A stretch of 63,176 nucleotides of DNA, filler included, from Choristocarpus tenellus KU-1152 (Eukaryota > Protista > Phaeophyceae), in the NCBI GenBank assembly GCA_964200185.2. It is 6 parts of 6 records of this genome, joined end to end, with 100 filler letters (N's around TTAATTAATTAA, not from the genome) between each part and the next. Parts side by side here need not be neighbours in the genome. Positions count along the whole stretch, not along the records: positions 49,326 to 57,561 come from CAXNAD020004952.1; positions 57,662 to 60,365 come from CAXNAD020025484.1; positions 60,466 to 63,176 come from CAXNAD020025402.1; 3 more parts are not named here. The stretch is one strand, 5' to 3'. Both the position numbers and the translations under genes were made by a program. Below the pieces are notes generated by a model. It was not told the DNA's origin. It ran no database searches and saw only the letters and a program-made list of their open reading frames with translations. This document shows, in pieces, positions 49,560-63,149 of this stretch. Position 1 is the stretch's first letter. The number at the start of each line of letters is the position of its first letter.

Positions 49560-51743
49560 TACACCAAGGAACCATCACCAGAGGCATGGTTAGGGAGCCC
49601 TTTCATTTCTTTATTTTTTTCTACAACACACGATTGGTCTACATTGGGGGGGGGCAGGTGGGGTTTGGCTTTAATACCCATTCTGTGAAATTGGAAGGTA
49701 ATTACATAGGTATGCAAGGGGGTGTATACAGATGAGGTTTTTGCAACCAGTTACATATCATCCTGTGGGCAACAACGCCTGTCTATTTGTTCTAGGTGAC
49801 AAATCGGGCTTCAAGACTCTACTTTCATGATAGTGAGCCTCTTTTTTTTTAGTAGTACAGTAAGAAAAATAATAATTTGACCCCATTTTGATCTTCCTTC
49901 ACTTGATAAGAGTAGGGAGGAAGTGACTGTCCCCGCACTTGTTGAAATAGGTTACATGAGAGGGAGATGTCTGTGGGGAGGAAGCGGAGCTAACTATTAC
50001 ACGCCATTTGAATAGGGAGGGGGAGAACGGGGGGGGGAATCGGCAATGGTGCATTGGGTATGTGGAGATATTGGCAAGGGGGGCGAAGGGGCAAAAAGGC
50101 TTTTTTGTACGAGATCAGCGTTCTACACAATACTTGAGCAATTTTGATTTGCTTGTTTGATATCAGTTTGGAGCCCATAGCTCCTCACACAGGTCTTGTG
50201 AAGAGAGTGGAGGGCTCCCAAGACGGCGTCATAGTCTAATTGACTCATCAGATAAGGGTGCCCTTGCTGGAAGCAGGGGGAGGAAGGGAGGGAGGGGGGG
50301 GGGGAGCGGACATGATTCGAGAGGGTTTGTTGGTATGCATAGTCAGAGGGGGTACGAAGAGACGGGTTGGTACTTTGTGCACGGAGAGAGACAAAGAAGG
50401 AGAAGAGCATCACTGTTGGCATTGGGTTGATGTCGGTTACTTGTTTTTGTTGTGAGGCATTTTTGCCCTATTTGTTTTTTTTTAATTGGGTTTTGCTTTA
50501 GTATTGATTTTTTTCATTTTTCTTTTTTTTTGTGCGGTCTCTCTCTCTCTCTCTCTCTCTCTCTGGAGCTAGGTTTTATATTATTTATACTTTATTGACT
50601 CTTTTTCCCTCCCGATTTTGTCCCTTTTGGGGTTTTTTGTTTTTTTTGTACATGGCAAGAAAAGTACTACATGCTTTGAAGTACATTCGTGTATGTTACA
50701 CCTCAAGTGTATGTTATTATTTATATCCCTGCGTGTATTGTGTCCACTATGTTTTCTTTTATTATTTTTGCCTCCTTACGTGTACGAGTCTGTTTTTTGG
50801 TGCCCTAGGGTCGCCTGTCTGGAGTGGTATCTATCTGACCACGGTGTGACAATAGGTAGGAGTTCACCCACCACTGTTGGCGTGATGATTATTTATGCTG
50901 ATGAACAGCACATTTGTGAATTGGGGTTGGGACTGGATGAGTAGTTGTTATTTTATAACGTTGTTTGCTGGATAGGTATATCTCCCTGTACGAAGAGGCC
51001 ATGCATGCCTGTGTTTTGATGGGAGAGCACACTGTATACTTGTGTTATATGGGGGGGGAAGGACCCTTCTGCTAGTTCTTGATACATAGTTATTATTTAC
51101 CCTATACTACAAGCATTGCAGTAGTCCTGGACTTCCACGAGGAGAAAGAGCAGCAGCAGTAGTGTCCAATGATGGGTACATGAGATACAGTATAAAATAA
51201 CAGTAAAATATAACATCCCTATTTCCAAAGAAACTTAGACACAGGAAACACGCCTCGTGGGAGGACGCTATTTTCCGTCCATCTGCCCAGTCCATGTTTC
51301 CGTCACCTTCATCATCTCCACTTACCAAGCAAAAGCCCTGCATGGTGGCTACAATAAACTTCTAACACCAGCACAAAAATTACTACGAGGTATTGATCAT
51401 CATGGGGTTACACAGAGTGCATGCACAAATGACAATTTGTCATTGAAAAGGCTCAATGTTGTTCCGCACAACCAATCACAAGATTGGAACTGTGCAGCCA
51501 ACCCGTCCATAGTCCCTACAGGCGAAAGATTCTTGCTTGGCTGTCCGCTGACAACTCTACCAGGCCATTTTTTTTAAGGCGATCCACAAACTACCACCCA
51601 CGGAGACTAGCTAGTCATCCGGCAGGAAAATGGAACCAGAGTCAATGCTCACTTATCCATACAATGATACAATTTACAATTCTTAATGATGGTGAAATGT
51701 CGTACAGTGTAATTAGAGTAGCTTGTAGTACAAGTCATCTCAC

Positions 51744-53300
51744 TCATCTGGCGACTCCCTGATGAGCGGATTTCTTTTCCCAAGCCTGCTGCATGTGTTT
51801 CCTTTCCCCTTCAATCTCATGCAGGCGACGTAAAATATGGGCTCTCTCTGCCGAAATCCCCCCCTCAAACTCTCCCCCTACATGACTTTGTGTTGCTATC
51901 GCACTGGAGGATTCTTTTTTTTGTTCACCTGCCTCATTTCCTCGCTTGACCACCCCAATCTTCTGGTCCAATCCACCTACTTGTCCGACACCTGATCTAT
52001 TGTTGTTTTTACTTGTTTGGCAGCCATCACCATGCCTATTGTTCCCTGTGGACCCATCATTCCCCCCTCCCCCTCTGCATCGCCCTCTTCCTCCTCCCAC
52101 TACTACACTATCAGGTGCCCGATCCCCCCTAGCCTTCCCACGCTCCTCCTTGTCTTGTTCCTTTTTCGTACTGCAATTGTGACGTTTTTTTCTATTATTA
52201 TCCCGGTGGGCCAAGGGCAAATGCTGGCGTTTATCCCCTTTCCCCATCACCCTTCCTTTCTTTACTTTTCGACAAGAGGACCAGCAATCAGGAGGTAGGG
52301 TTAGGGTTCTTTGAAGAGGAGGAAGGGATAATTGTGGATCGGGGTCAGGTCTTCCATGTAGTGGGAGGGAAGTGGCGGAAGGGTGGGGGGGTGCAGACCC
52401 TGGGCTGAGGAATATGCTATTAGAGAGCTCTCGATAGTCGAGGGTCTTGGAGGCGTTTCTGTCAAACCAGGTAACAAGCTTCTCAGTTTCAGCTTTTTTC
52501 AGGCTCACCCGCAGCTCCTTCCATACCTTGTGAAGAGAAAATGCAAAATGATAATGATAATTTATGGTGAATGGTAAGGAGTTTAGGGGAGATGAGGCAA
52601 AGGGGAGAAATGTTTGCGTATTGTGGTTTGCTGGTGATAGGGACTGTGCATCGAATTTTCCGCCAATGATCACAGACAAATGAGATGGCTGTCCTGTATA
52701 GAATGAATAGGGAGAACGATTATCTGGCTTTGTCACCTCGCTAACATCAATAATAATAATATAAATAAAAAAATAGCATACAGTATTTTACACTATGTCC
52801 TTATCTAAATGTTTACTCCATCGTGTGCCTATAAAATTGCCTTCTTAGATCATCTATCTGATCGCATTAAACCTCACCAGTATTCATGCTATATTGAGAT
52901 ATGTGCATAACATCTCCTGCCTGTGACAATGCAGTGTTTCACTCCCTAATCCCATCTATGTCCCCTTGCGGTGAGTCTACTCTGCACCCCCCTTAATTCG
53001 ATGGCAAAAGGTGACTGTAGTTCAAAATGAAGGTCAAATACTAGTATTATCAGTACTGTTACATGTTGAGGTGAGAACTCAATGTATTAGAAAGGATCAA
53101 GTACTGCTTATTACATTACACGTATATACCTGGCACAGTCCATCAGAGCCAAGAGAGCCCTTACTGTCCCGATCAAATCTGAGGCAGGTACCTAGGAAGA
53201 GATCACGGGGGTGGAACCTTGATTCGGCCTTTTGGCTGGCCTTCAAGACTCCCTGGCAAATGTCAGATGTGATGCTCTGGATCGCAGGGGGTACCCGCAC
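51744..53300 (-). CDS. EF-hand-containing protein, last two exons (53300-53130, 52526-51744); upstream exons unresolved
   Basis: In-phase junction gives CLRFDRDSKGSLGSDGLCQ|VWKELRVSLKKAETEKLVTWFDRNASKTLDYREL (EF-hand pair), then a low-complexity tail ending in a short coiled-coil-like segment. Confidence 0.65.
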
Positions 53301-53435
53301 CTTCAATAAAACACAACCAAACCATATATAGAGACGAGAGGACGTTTTTGGTGCTTTTTATGGGGTCCACTTTAGGGGAAGTGGTGTTAGCAAGTGGAAG
53401 GATATAGAAAATGGGGAAGCAAAGTGTCTTGCTGC

Positions 53436-53437
<2 letters not shown>

Positions 53438-53467
<30 letters not shown>

Positions 53468-53481
53468 CATACATACATACA

Positions 53482-53510
<29 letters not shown>
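53438..53510. repeat. (TACA)n microsatellite
   Basis: About 18 perfect units. Confidence 0.95.
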
Positions 53511-53512
<2 letters not shown>

Positions 53513-53766
53513 GACGAGAACATTTATGTACATACTGCGGACCAACGGAAGGTCTCTCATTCGTTCCGTAAAGTCTGTTCCCAGAACATCCTAGGCCACT
53601 TGATCTGTAAATATCCATTTTCTAGCAAACAAATGTTCAAGCCCAATTAAATTGCCTGTTGGCTGGACCTATGTTTATGGCTAATGTCCATTTGCCAGGA
53701 CAACTCTTAGGAATGTTTTTTCTGTATCATCTGTTGTCCCACATGTGTCGTTGGTTGATTGCTTTG

Positions 53767-53825
53767 AGCCAAAGCATTTAAGAGGGTAGGAGTTTTGCCC
53801 TGTTTGTCCGTTCGGGGCTTAGTTG
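53767..53825 (-). mobile_element. MITE family A degenerate end fragment
   Basis: GAGCCAAAGCATTTAAGAGGGTAGGAGTTTTGCCCTGTTTGTCCGTTCGGGGCTT resembles the reverse complement of the family A right end. Confidence 0.6.
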
Positions 53826-54286
53826 CTATCTCTAGATGCAAGGTCGTGCATAAGAAGTGTAATTACTATCATCATACCGCCTCCTTGCCTTCTTTGTATC
53901 TATTAGTGTGAATCGCAATGTCAATGCCCTTTCTTTCTACCTCCGTAGATAATTGATGAATTCGAAAAACAAGAAGATATGTTTTCTCCGTCAGAATGGT
54001 CCCACCTCTACATTTATTTAAAAAGGATTTGTACAGTGTGCTGTCGTGAGATTTAAGGCACAATAGTGACCACAGCCACCTACCTGGACATCCAGGGCTA
54101 TATATATGTGTGTGTGTATGTGTGTATATATATATATGTATTGGAGGGGTCAGAATAGTTGCATGTCTAGAAACATGGTTCAAAAAACAAGAAGGCTGCC
54201 CCCATTCTCGCAGTAAAAGCAAATCCTTACCCAATTTAAAATGCTCCTCTCCACTTTGCAATAATTGATGAAGGGCGTGTTACAAA

Positions 54287-54494
54287 GACCCAAAGCATTC
54301 AAGATGGTAGGGCCGCGTCCGCTTGGGGTCATAAATCCAATGTTGCGATTTTGATGAATTTTGGCTATTGTGTTTTTGTAAGTGTCAATATCCTTGTTCC
54401 GGACACACCTTTCATAGTCGTACACAGTTTAGGTAACTGTGTTCACGCAGAAAACAAAAAAAGGGCATAAAAAAACCGTGGGAAGTCAAACCCT
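54287..54494 (+). mobile_element. MITE family A diverged copy lacking right end
   Basis: AAATCCAATGTTGCGATTTTGATGAATTTTGGCTAT...AAGTGTCAATATCCTTGTTCCGGACACACCTTTCA...CCGTGGGAAG matches 6485-6743. Confidence 0.75.
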
Positions 54495-57412
54495 TTGCGA
54501 GGAAACATTCTGGGTTAAGACTGGTTGTACTGAGATATGGGCAGCTCGCAGGTAGGTGTGGAATTGACTCCTTAGATTTAATTTCACAATGTATTAGTCA
54601 TGAATTGTTTTTGATGATGCCTTAGCCAAAAGGTGTCAGAATAAACCTACAAGCACACATTGATAGGCAGAAGAGAAATTCTGCCATATCCCAAGAGACA
54701 ACGTGACACTGTAAACACTTGGGAGCTGTCCTCATAATGTCTCCTGTCAAGCAAAAGTGTGGGGCCCACTTGCTCTGTATCAGCTGCTGTTATCCATGGT
54801 AACACCCTCCCACAACGTAACACGTTCGGCAAACACTTTAGGCCGTTTAATCTGCAGCAACATCCGTTTGTTATTCAGCACACACTTGGTGCCATTTGCA
54901 CTGTAACATTAATCTTTTGTTGTGGCACGTCCAATATCAGGACAATGATCGGGCCAAGTTGACACTATCCAAGATCGATTTGGTTTAAACAGTCTTCTGT
55001 TCGGCGTGATTTAACCGTTTCTAACAGAAGAGGCAAACGATATGTGAACCCTGATAAAGAAACCAATATATTTTCCATTTTGTCTGGTACGCTGGTTTGC
55101 CCCCAGGGGCAACCACATTTTGTTTTCATCTTGATGTAGTTGTCCATGTGGAGGATTCGGGGGGTGAAGTCTTAGTTGACCTGGTAGAATCATTTGTGAG
55201 GAGTCCCAACCTCAAAGGGTAGGATGTATTCTTGAATATTGAGACATTTTACATACCCACTCGTTGATACCATTGTGACAATGACAATCACTAATGGCGA
55301 AGAATCGACTAACACAAGAGGAACTACCATTGTACACAGAGTTCGTCGAACAAGAGAGACTTACGTTGCAGGCACATGGTGCTACAAGGTGAAGCTGCTG
55401 CAGGGACCAAGTAAGCTAGAGTTGAGGTAGAGAAACAAATCTTCCCTCAACGGAATTTAACTACGGGTGCCAATGTTTTGGGGGGGGGAAATAGTTTCAT
55501 AACAATAAGAAATGAGTGTTAAAACTATAAAAATAGCCAGGAAATAAAATTATAATTTTTGGGCACATGTGTTAACTGAGGTTGGCCAATGAAAAATGTG
55601 GATTGTAAGCAGACACTATCAGCTACTGGGTGAGAGATGTCCGACCTGTCATTCCCATAAAATTAACTCAAAAGAGTGTAACGACATGTCAACAGCTTTA
55701 TTCTGGAAGAGCAGTCGCAGCTGTACTTGGTAAGACGTAAAAATGCTTTGCCACTGTGCAGGATGGTGTGCACGAGTGGGGTCAACAATTGAGTCAAGAC
55801 TCACCTGCTAAAAAATATTTTACTTAAGAATAACGAGCGCTTGTTTCACTTACTGACATTTATATATATATATATATCCCTTGAATAAGGAGGGCTTACC
55901 ATCCTGAGATAGGCGTTCCGACATTGCCATTGTCACCTCATTCATGAGGAGATACTCGTATGTAGGGTTAGGGATGTGATAGAGACCAAAAAGACAAGCA
56001 CTGACTGAAATGTTGCTAGATGTACCTCAAGGCTTCTTCAACAAGTAAGGGATAAACCCGGGAGTGTAGCGTTCTGAGGGGCCTACAGGGTGCTTGCCAT
56101 GTACAGTACATGTTAGGGAATTTTCAATATGTGTATCCATGAAGATTACTTTCATACACAGATAAGCTGTGGGAGGAAACCATGTCTTTGGGGCAGAACC
56201 GTTCCCTAACATCACTTTAACCAATTGCAAAGATTCTCAACCTAAAACTCATTTGATATCAGACTGGTATATGTGAGGGTCAAATGGTTTAAATATTGGC
56301 GTGATACTTTGATATATCGAAATCTACATGAATGTCCAACTCTTTGTGAGGTGTTTTGTCGGTCCAATACTCATGTGCGAGTCTTGATAATGATGACGAA
56401 TCTAGTATAATAAACCGAAATTGGCCTCCTCCAACAAAAAAGACAACGAAGAAGGTTAATCGGTGCGCTGTCATCACGGCATGTCTGCATACACTACATA
56501 TTATATCATAAATTATGATTGAATTATAACCAAAACACTATCGTATCGAACTATTTTTGAAAACGTCTCAATAAAATATAACAAAAAAGACACAATTAGA
56601 TCAAATTTTGATATTTGAATTTGAATAATTTTTTTAAAGATCAATCACTACAATCTACCTCCCACCTTCCTAAGCTATCACTGTACTGGTTCATGGGAAG
56701 ATATTACTCTTTGTGAAATAAGTCTGCACTCCAAAGCACAAAGCATGTATGTTGATAAAATCTGGGGTTTTCTAGCTCTGTCTCTCTCTGTAGGATACAT
56801 ATTTATCAACGTGACAGATTCATCCACCAACCATTGTGTTGTGTGATATTGGAGGACATCTACCATAGAACACAAGAGTTGCTGTAGGGTAATGCATTTA
56901 CCTCTACAATTTGCGTGGTGTCACCATCAACAACAGGCATGTGGGCAGCGCCATAGGTTATCTTAGCTTGAGGCCTCTAAGGTCCACTATTGTATAAAGT
57001 AAAAAATATATAGAGACTCCGGCTCAACCTCTGGTGACCGCACATCCAGAAGTCAATATCTCGTAGAGATTGAAATGGCAAAAAACCCTACGTTTTATTG
57101 ATAGTGCATGAAGTAGCCTGGACATGGATCTTGAGTCAGAGTAAATGAGAGGTACCAGTCTTGGGGCGTTTTGCATTTCAAGTCAGTTTTTAGATCTTTT
57201 GTGATTCACTCATATTTCAATGGATGAGGTGCTAAGTTTGAAGTGAGAGGATTTTTTTATTGTTTGGAAGGTTTATTTGCAATCTGGAAAAAAAATCAAT
57301 ACGCATTTTGCACAAGAAAACGAATTGTACCCATAGTTGTCAATATTTTTAATTTGTAACTCTGGGTGTCTCTTGTTGCTTCAATCCTTTAGGGTTGCTC
57401 AGCAAGCGAAGG

Positions 57413-57561
57413 GAGCCAAAGTATCTTAGAGAGTAGAGCTGTGTCCATTTGGGGTTCAAAATTTAATGTTGCGATTTTGAGGGTCAAAGTATCTGGGGGG
57501 GGGGGGGGGGCGGCATCCGTTTTTCCCCCTTTTTTTTTTTTTTTCTTTTTTGGGGTGGTTT
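57413..57561 (+). mobile_element. MITE family A left end interrupted by a family B end (nested)
   Basis: GAGCCAAAGTATCTTAGAGAGTAGAG...GCGATTTTGA, then GGGTCAAAGTATCT+poly(G) at 57481. Confidence 0.7.
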
Positions 57562-57661
57562 NNNNNNNNNNNNNNNNNNNNNNNNNNNNNNNNNNNNNNN
57601 NNNNNTTAATTAATTAANNNNNNNNNNNNNNNNNNNNNNNNNNNNNNNNNNNNNNNNNNNN
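57562..57661. other. Artificial contig linker
   Basis: N44-TTAATTAATTAA-N44. Confidence 0.98.
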
Positions 57662-58148
57662 GGGGGGGCTGGGGTTACGACGTGTGCCCCTCCCACCCCC
57701 AAAAGGGCCCCCTGGGGTCCCCCCCCCCCCCCCCCCCCCCCCCAGAAACGTTGGATCAGGCATGTTATGTATGTCAAGTTGCTATCTGGTAGGGAGGTAC
57801 AGTACCCTAACCCTTCAAACAGACCGTCCCATGTTGTAACACCAGAACGCCGTTTGTTTGACAATGACCTGCATTAAACCACCAACACCACGTGTGTTCA
57901 ACGCACAAGAAACATAATATATATATTTATATTTATACATATTTTTCTTATTTCTAGTGATCCTTGATAACCCTAACCCTACATTACACCCCTTCACACA
58001 ATTTAGTATTTTTATTTTTATATATATATATGCATCTTTCTCATGATAAGTCAGTGCCATCAAATATGTTCGAATTTCACCAACTACATCAAAAGTACAG
58101 CACACTATTTTTTTTGTTATTGTTGAGCAGCCAACTGCCACTACCAAG

Positions 58149-58514
58149 TTAACCCACCTCAGCGGAGAGAGCAGCCTCAAGCGTATCAGCACGCTTTGGA
58201 CCCTTGTCCTTCTTGAACAGATTCTTTAGTGATGGACGCTTGCGATGTGGTGCAGGAGCAGGAGCAGGAACCGGTTCAGGTTCTGGGGTTGACAGTTCCA
58301 GCACTGGTTCAGGTTCAGGTTCTGGGATTGGTAGTTCTGGCACCGGTTCAGGTTCAGGTTCTGGGGTTGGTAGTTCTAGCACCAGTTCAGGTTCAGGTTC
58401 TGGGGTTGGTAGTTCTAGCACCGGTTCAGGTTCAGGTTCAGGTTCTGGCTCCGGCTCTAGCGCAGGAGCTGCTGGCAGTTCCACTGCAGATGTGGGGTCC
58501 TGCTCTGTGGCCTG

Positions 58515-58551
<37 letters not shown>

Positions 58552-59008
58552 CCATTGGGCGATTCCAGGTCCAACTGTTGACCCGGGTAGTCATCAATTG
58601 TCTTGGGGGAGGAAGGAACGACAATCATCACAGAAATAATAATAATAATAATAAAAAGATAAAATGTACAAAGGGAGGTCACGCACAGGGCGGGCAGAAA
58701 GAGGTACAGAATCACAAAATAATAATAATAATAACAACAATATTTGTGCTATGATTGCTATCGTACAATAAAAAAAAAGCCTTGTCCTTCTTGCCTCTCT
58801 TCCGCTCCATGACAAAAACCCCCTCTCCCCCTCCCCCCCCAGACACGTAGGTCACGACCACTTTACCCCGTCTAATCTACAAGCACCAGCCTGCTATGTT
58901 TACCACCCCTCCTACTTACCTCTGTAGATGAGGACAGGGGATCTTCACCATCACCATCACCATCAATGTCAGTATCGGTAGAGGGGGTGGCTGGGGCTGA
59001 CTTGCCTA
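58149..59008 (-). CDS. Partial gene: acidic, Pro/Glu-rich repeat protein ([13 protein letters not shown] repeats), two visible exons
   Basis: GC-rich coding-like islands at ~59008-58920 (donor GAG|GTAAGT) and ~58600-58149, within AT-rich intron-like sequence. No recognisable domain. Confidence 0.5.
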
Positions 59009-59263
59009 CTGTTCCACAACAGTAAATAAAAAAACAAACCAAAAAAATAAGTTTTTATTTTTTATTTTTACGGGGAAAAAGGCGTGTGAGCAGGGGAAGT
59101 CGAGAGCTGTATTGACATGTTTTAACAAAAAAAGAAAGAATGCAATTCGATTTTTGCGTGCATAGCATCACACTCTAAGAGTTGACTAAAAGTAAAGCAC
59201 ACACACACACATACATTAATAAATATACTGGTTTTATAGCCGGTGAACCGACTCCATCGCTGT

Positions 59264-59307
<44 letters not shown>

Positions 59308-60365
59308 TATTTTTTATTTCTTTTTTTTTAAAATATTTTTTAAACTTTTTTTTTTTTNNNNNNNNNNAACAAAAACAACCATTGTTTTTTTTTTTTTTTT
59401 TTTTCGTTTTTTTTTCGTTTTGCGTAGTTTGGATTCCTAACTTCATTTTTCGAAAAAAAGCATTAAAACTATTATTTTTATCAATAATAACAATAGTTGC
59501 AAAGTGAAAGCTGTGTTGATTTGGGCACACGCCGGTTGAGTTTGAACTAACACAACAAGATCAGTTTCTCTCGGTGTCTGCAGCAGAATAGAGCCAGTGC
59601 CATCCCACCCCAATTTCCAAGACAAGAATAAATAATAGTAAGAATAATACATGCACACATAGCCAAGCCTCACATTGATTTCCTTGTCCTCAACAAAAAA
59701 CAAAAAATGTACTACATAGTAATACATTAGTGCTACAGAGCCACGCAGCACACACACCAACTCCCCCGCCCCCCTTAAAACAGTGACCAGATTTGACTTC
59801 ATTCCGCCATATTATTCAGATCATGCATCACCTTTCTCAACCAAATACTAAATATATATATACAGATATCTTAAAAGAGAAAAAATGACCCGATTTCAAG
59901 TCTATTTAAAAAAAAGATAGTATGATAAATAGAAAAAAAGATCAAGCTGCCTTGACCACCTTGAATGGAACAGGTTAAATCACCGCCCACAACCCAATCA
60001 AATACATACAGGCACACAGGCACACACATATATATATATACATACAAAACACACTGAAGGTAACCCCACCCATGAGGCAAAGGAAAAAAAATCAAGGGCT
60101 TTAGATTTCTGTTCATTCCCTTCAGTCAACCACCTATTTTAAAAAAAAGTAATGAAAAAACACCAGTACAGTGAATCGCATTATTAATCATAATTCCACC
60201 CAGAGTCGTAAACACGCCCCCTTAGTTATTAATGCCCGCTACAGGGTACACCTTAAATCGCACTGCAGTAACATCGATGAAACAATTGTTCGAGTGGATC
60301 TGATGGGGGGGGGGGGGGAACGGAAAAAACGAAAAAAGGGAAAGGGAAAATTCGAAAGAAAAAAA

Positions 60366-60465
60366 NNNNNNNNNNNNNNNNNNNNNNNNNNNNNNNNNNN
60401 NNNNNNNNNTTAATTAATTAANNNNNNNNNNNNNNNNNNNNNNNNNNNNNNNNNNNNNNNNNNNN
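60366..60465. other. Artificial contig linker
   Basis: N44-TTAATTAATTAA-N44. Confidence 0.98.
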
Positions 60466-63149
60466 TCAAGTCATCTATTGGGGAGTGTTGTGGGAATAGT
60501 GTTAAGGGTGGTTGGAAGACTCACTATCCCTTACTATCACCTCCTCTTCAACAACTTGCCTCCAAGGTGCTTGGACAACCCGTAAGTCCGACTGTTAATT
60601 TATATATATATATATGTATATGTGCACAGTTTGTTTACAAATAATGAAGTAAAATATTATACCGGAGGTAAATAATATTTTGATTGGTATGTATGCTTCT
60701 CACAGATAGGTCCAACTTGTGTTTGTTCCGGATGAGAGCAGTCTTTCTACTTCGTGAGATTCATATTGCTAACTAGATCAGCTCTGATACTACCACCCGG
60801 GCTGAGTCATGGTATGGTCTTCAAGAATATATCGGCGTCGCTTCACCCATCTTGGTAGTAACAAAGGACCATCTTCTCTATTTGTGGAATCTGGTGGCAA
60901 CTCACCAGGCCGGCAACCCACTAGTATAGAGGCATTCATCGCACTTTCCGGTCCACAAGGAGGGTCGTCACAAATACTTGAGGAGGCTTGGTTGCTATTA
61001 GGTGTATGTTCGGTTGGCGGTAGCACACATTCTTCGGCTGTTGTAGTGGCAGGTGTGTTTTGATTATGACAAGTCGCTTAGTCAATGGCTCTTACATTAG
61101 GGAGGTCCAACTTGTTCTCATCCCTATAGGCTGTGATCATCTCTGCACATTCAGGTATTTCAGCGGGTTTGCGTCATACATCACTGGCCGATGAATATCC
61201 TTGAAGGCGAAGCCGGTACAAATAATTGCGGGTGGATTTTCTTCCTACCCCACGTTTATGATCAACAATGCCCTCTACATTGTAAGATCCAATAGTTGGC
61301 TGTGCCTTTGATCCCTGATCAAGGTCCGGTTCAGGTAAAATCCGGCCTAAAAAGAGTGAATTAAAGGCATCTGTATCTGGCTCTGTAGCTCTACCCTCCT
61401 TGTAAGGTTTAAGTCTGGCCAGATGAACTGTCACTTCCCGTCGATCTTCCGAGTGTTTTACGCGATATACAACAGGTGTTATAGGTGCTTTCACTTCATA
61501 AGGTCCTCTCCATGGGGACAACAACTTGGGGTTTGGTGCATCAGCTGACGTATGTGGTTTGTGAAGCCACACTTTATCACCAGGTTCGTATAGTGGGAGT
61601 TTATGGTTCACGTTCTTCGATTCGTTTCTTCAAACCATTTCACCAATATTACGCCGGGCTAATTCATAGGCTAGCTGTAAATTCTTCGCTGTTTTCATAC
61701 TGTATTCTTGTGCAGTTACGGGGGTGGCCTCAGGGACCCCCAAAATACGATCAATTGGTAAAATAGGGCGACTCCCAAACACGAGAAAAAATGGCGTTTC
61801 TTGAACAGTGGAATTATAGGCTGTATTGTGTGCTAGCTGGACAAAGGGCAGCAATGAGGCCCAGTCAGATTGGTCCATATTTGAGTACATGGCCAGCATA
61901 CCATGCATTGTGGAGTGAATACGTTCACATATACTATTGCCTTGTGGTCGGTATGCCGTTGTCTTGGTTTTATGATATCCATACANNNNNNNNCCAGGAG
62001 TTTATTCTCACATTCTTCGCCTTGGTCAGAGTGGAGTGTTTCAGGAGGACCAAAGATGGAAAAATACGGCCGACAAGAGCTTTAGCCACGGTTTTTTCTT
62101 GCTTATTTGCAATACCAACCAAGATTGCGAATCTAGTAAGATGGTCCACAGCGGATCGCACATATTTTGCACCGTCTGAAGTGATATTACATTTAACTAG
62201 GTCAATAGGAAGTCGTTGAAATGGACGTGTGACAGGCATATGTCCTGTTGGTAATGGGGTTAGAGTGTGCGAGGTCTTACGCCTCTGACAGGATTGGCAA
62301 GATTCACACCACTCCCTCACGTCTTTATGTAAGGTTGGCCACCAAAATCTATCACGAACTCGGTCAAAGGTGTGCTTGAAAGCAAGATGGCCGGCAACTT
62401 TATGATCATGTAGGGCATGTAAAATTAAACCCTGAACCTCTGTTGGGGTTACTAACTGATCTCGAAATTCTCCGTTTTTTCGAAGGTGACCAGGTTGATA
62501 CGACCGGTAGAGTAAGAGTCTATTTTCTCGTTCTTGAGTGAAAAAATATGACATGGTGTAGACCGTTTCCTTACTGGGTAATGCTGTATTGTTAGGGTCT
62601 GCCAGGTATTGAAAAAAAGCTTCATACTGCTCATGTTGGGCCATGGCTAGAACTTCCGTATCAATTACAGGGAACACATTGATGGAGCTTGCAAAGAGCT
62701 CAGAGTCATTTGCCACTTTAGTGATTTCACCTAGTCGATCCACTGACAATTCATAGGCTACCTTACTTGCTTGAGAACTTGCATCAGTGGTTTTTGTACC
62801 CACATTTCGACATATAGGACTTAGGGGTGCTGGTTCAGATTCATGTTTACAAAATTCTTCCAGCTGAGGACGTGACAACATATCTGGGATGTAATGTAAT
62901 CTGCCAAGCTTATGAAGGACGGTAAAATCAAAACTTTGCAAAGCTAAGGCTCATCGAGTTAACAGATTGGACGTATCTTGCATCGTATGCAGCCACGGTA
63001 AGGCTGAATGATCAGTGATTACTGTGAAATGTTTACCCCAAACATATGGTCTCCAATGTTGGATTGCCAGAACAACTGCAAGGCACTCTTTTTATGTGGC
63101 AGAATATTTACGTTGGGAGGGGGAAAGTAAGGCACTATGGGATGCAATG
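60466..63149 (-). mobile_element. Degenerate Ty3/gypsy LTR retrotransposon with chromodomain: RNase H-integrase-chromo, PPT, start of 3' LTR
   Basis: ECLAVVLAIQHWRPY..FTVITDHSAL (RNase H), H..AGHL..FWWP..C..CQ (integrase HHCC), IDL/VDHLTRF core, WASLLP..HNTAYNSTVQETPF, WRGPY, VHLARLKPY, YNVEGIVDHK..Y..RLQGY (chromo). Contains stops and frameshifts. PPT GAAGAGGAGG (60549-60540) is followed by TG. Confidence 0.92.

Noticed and set aside
55100-56140. Candidate upstream exons of the EF-hand gene
   Set aside because: Splice-like signals exist, but frame and product could not be supported.
58204-58639. Gly/Ser-rich and poly-His plus-strand ORFs
   Set aside because: Alternative frames of the Pro/Glu repeat; splice signals favour the minus strand.
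21468-60465. Five identical TTAATTAATTAA palindromes within N runs
   Set aside because: Artificial concatenation linkers of constant 100-bp length, not biological.
60781-60792. tRNA-iMet primer-binding-site-like sequence (TAGTATCAGAGC, minus)
   Set aside because: One mismatch to the canonical PBS, located downstream of pol, and no adjacent LTR end.
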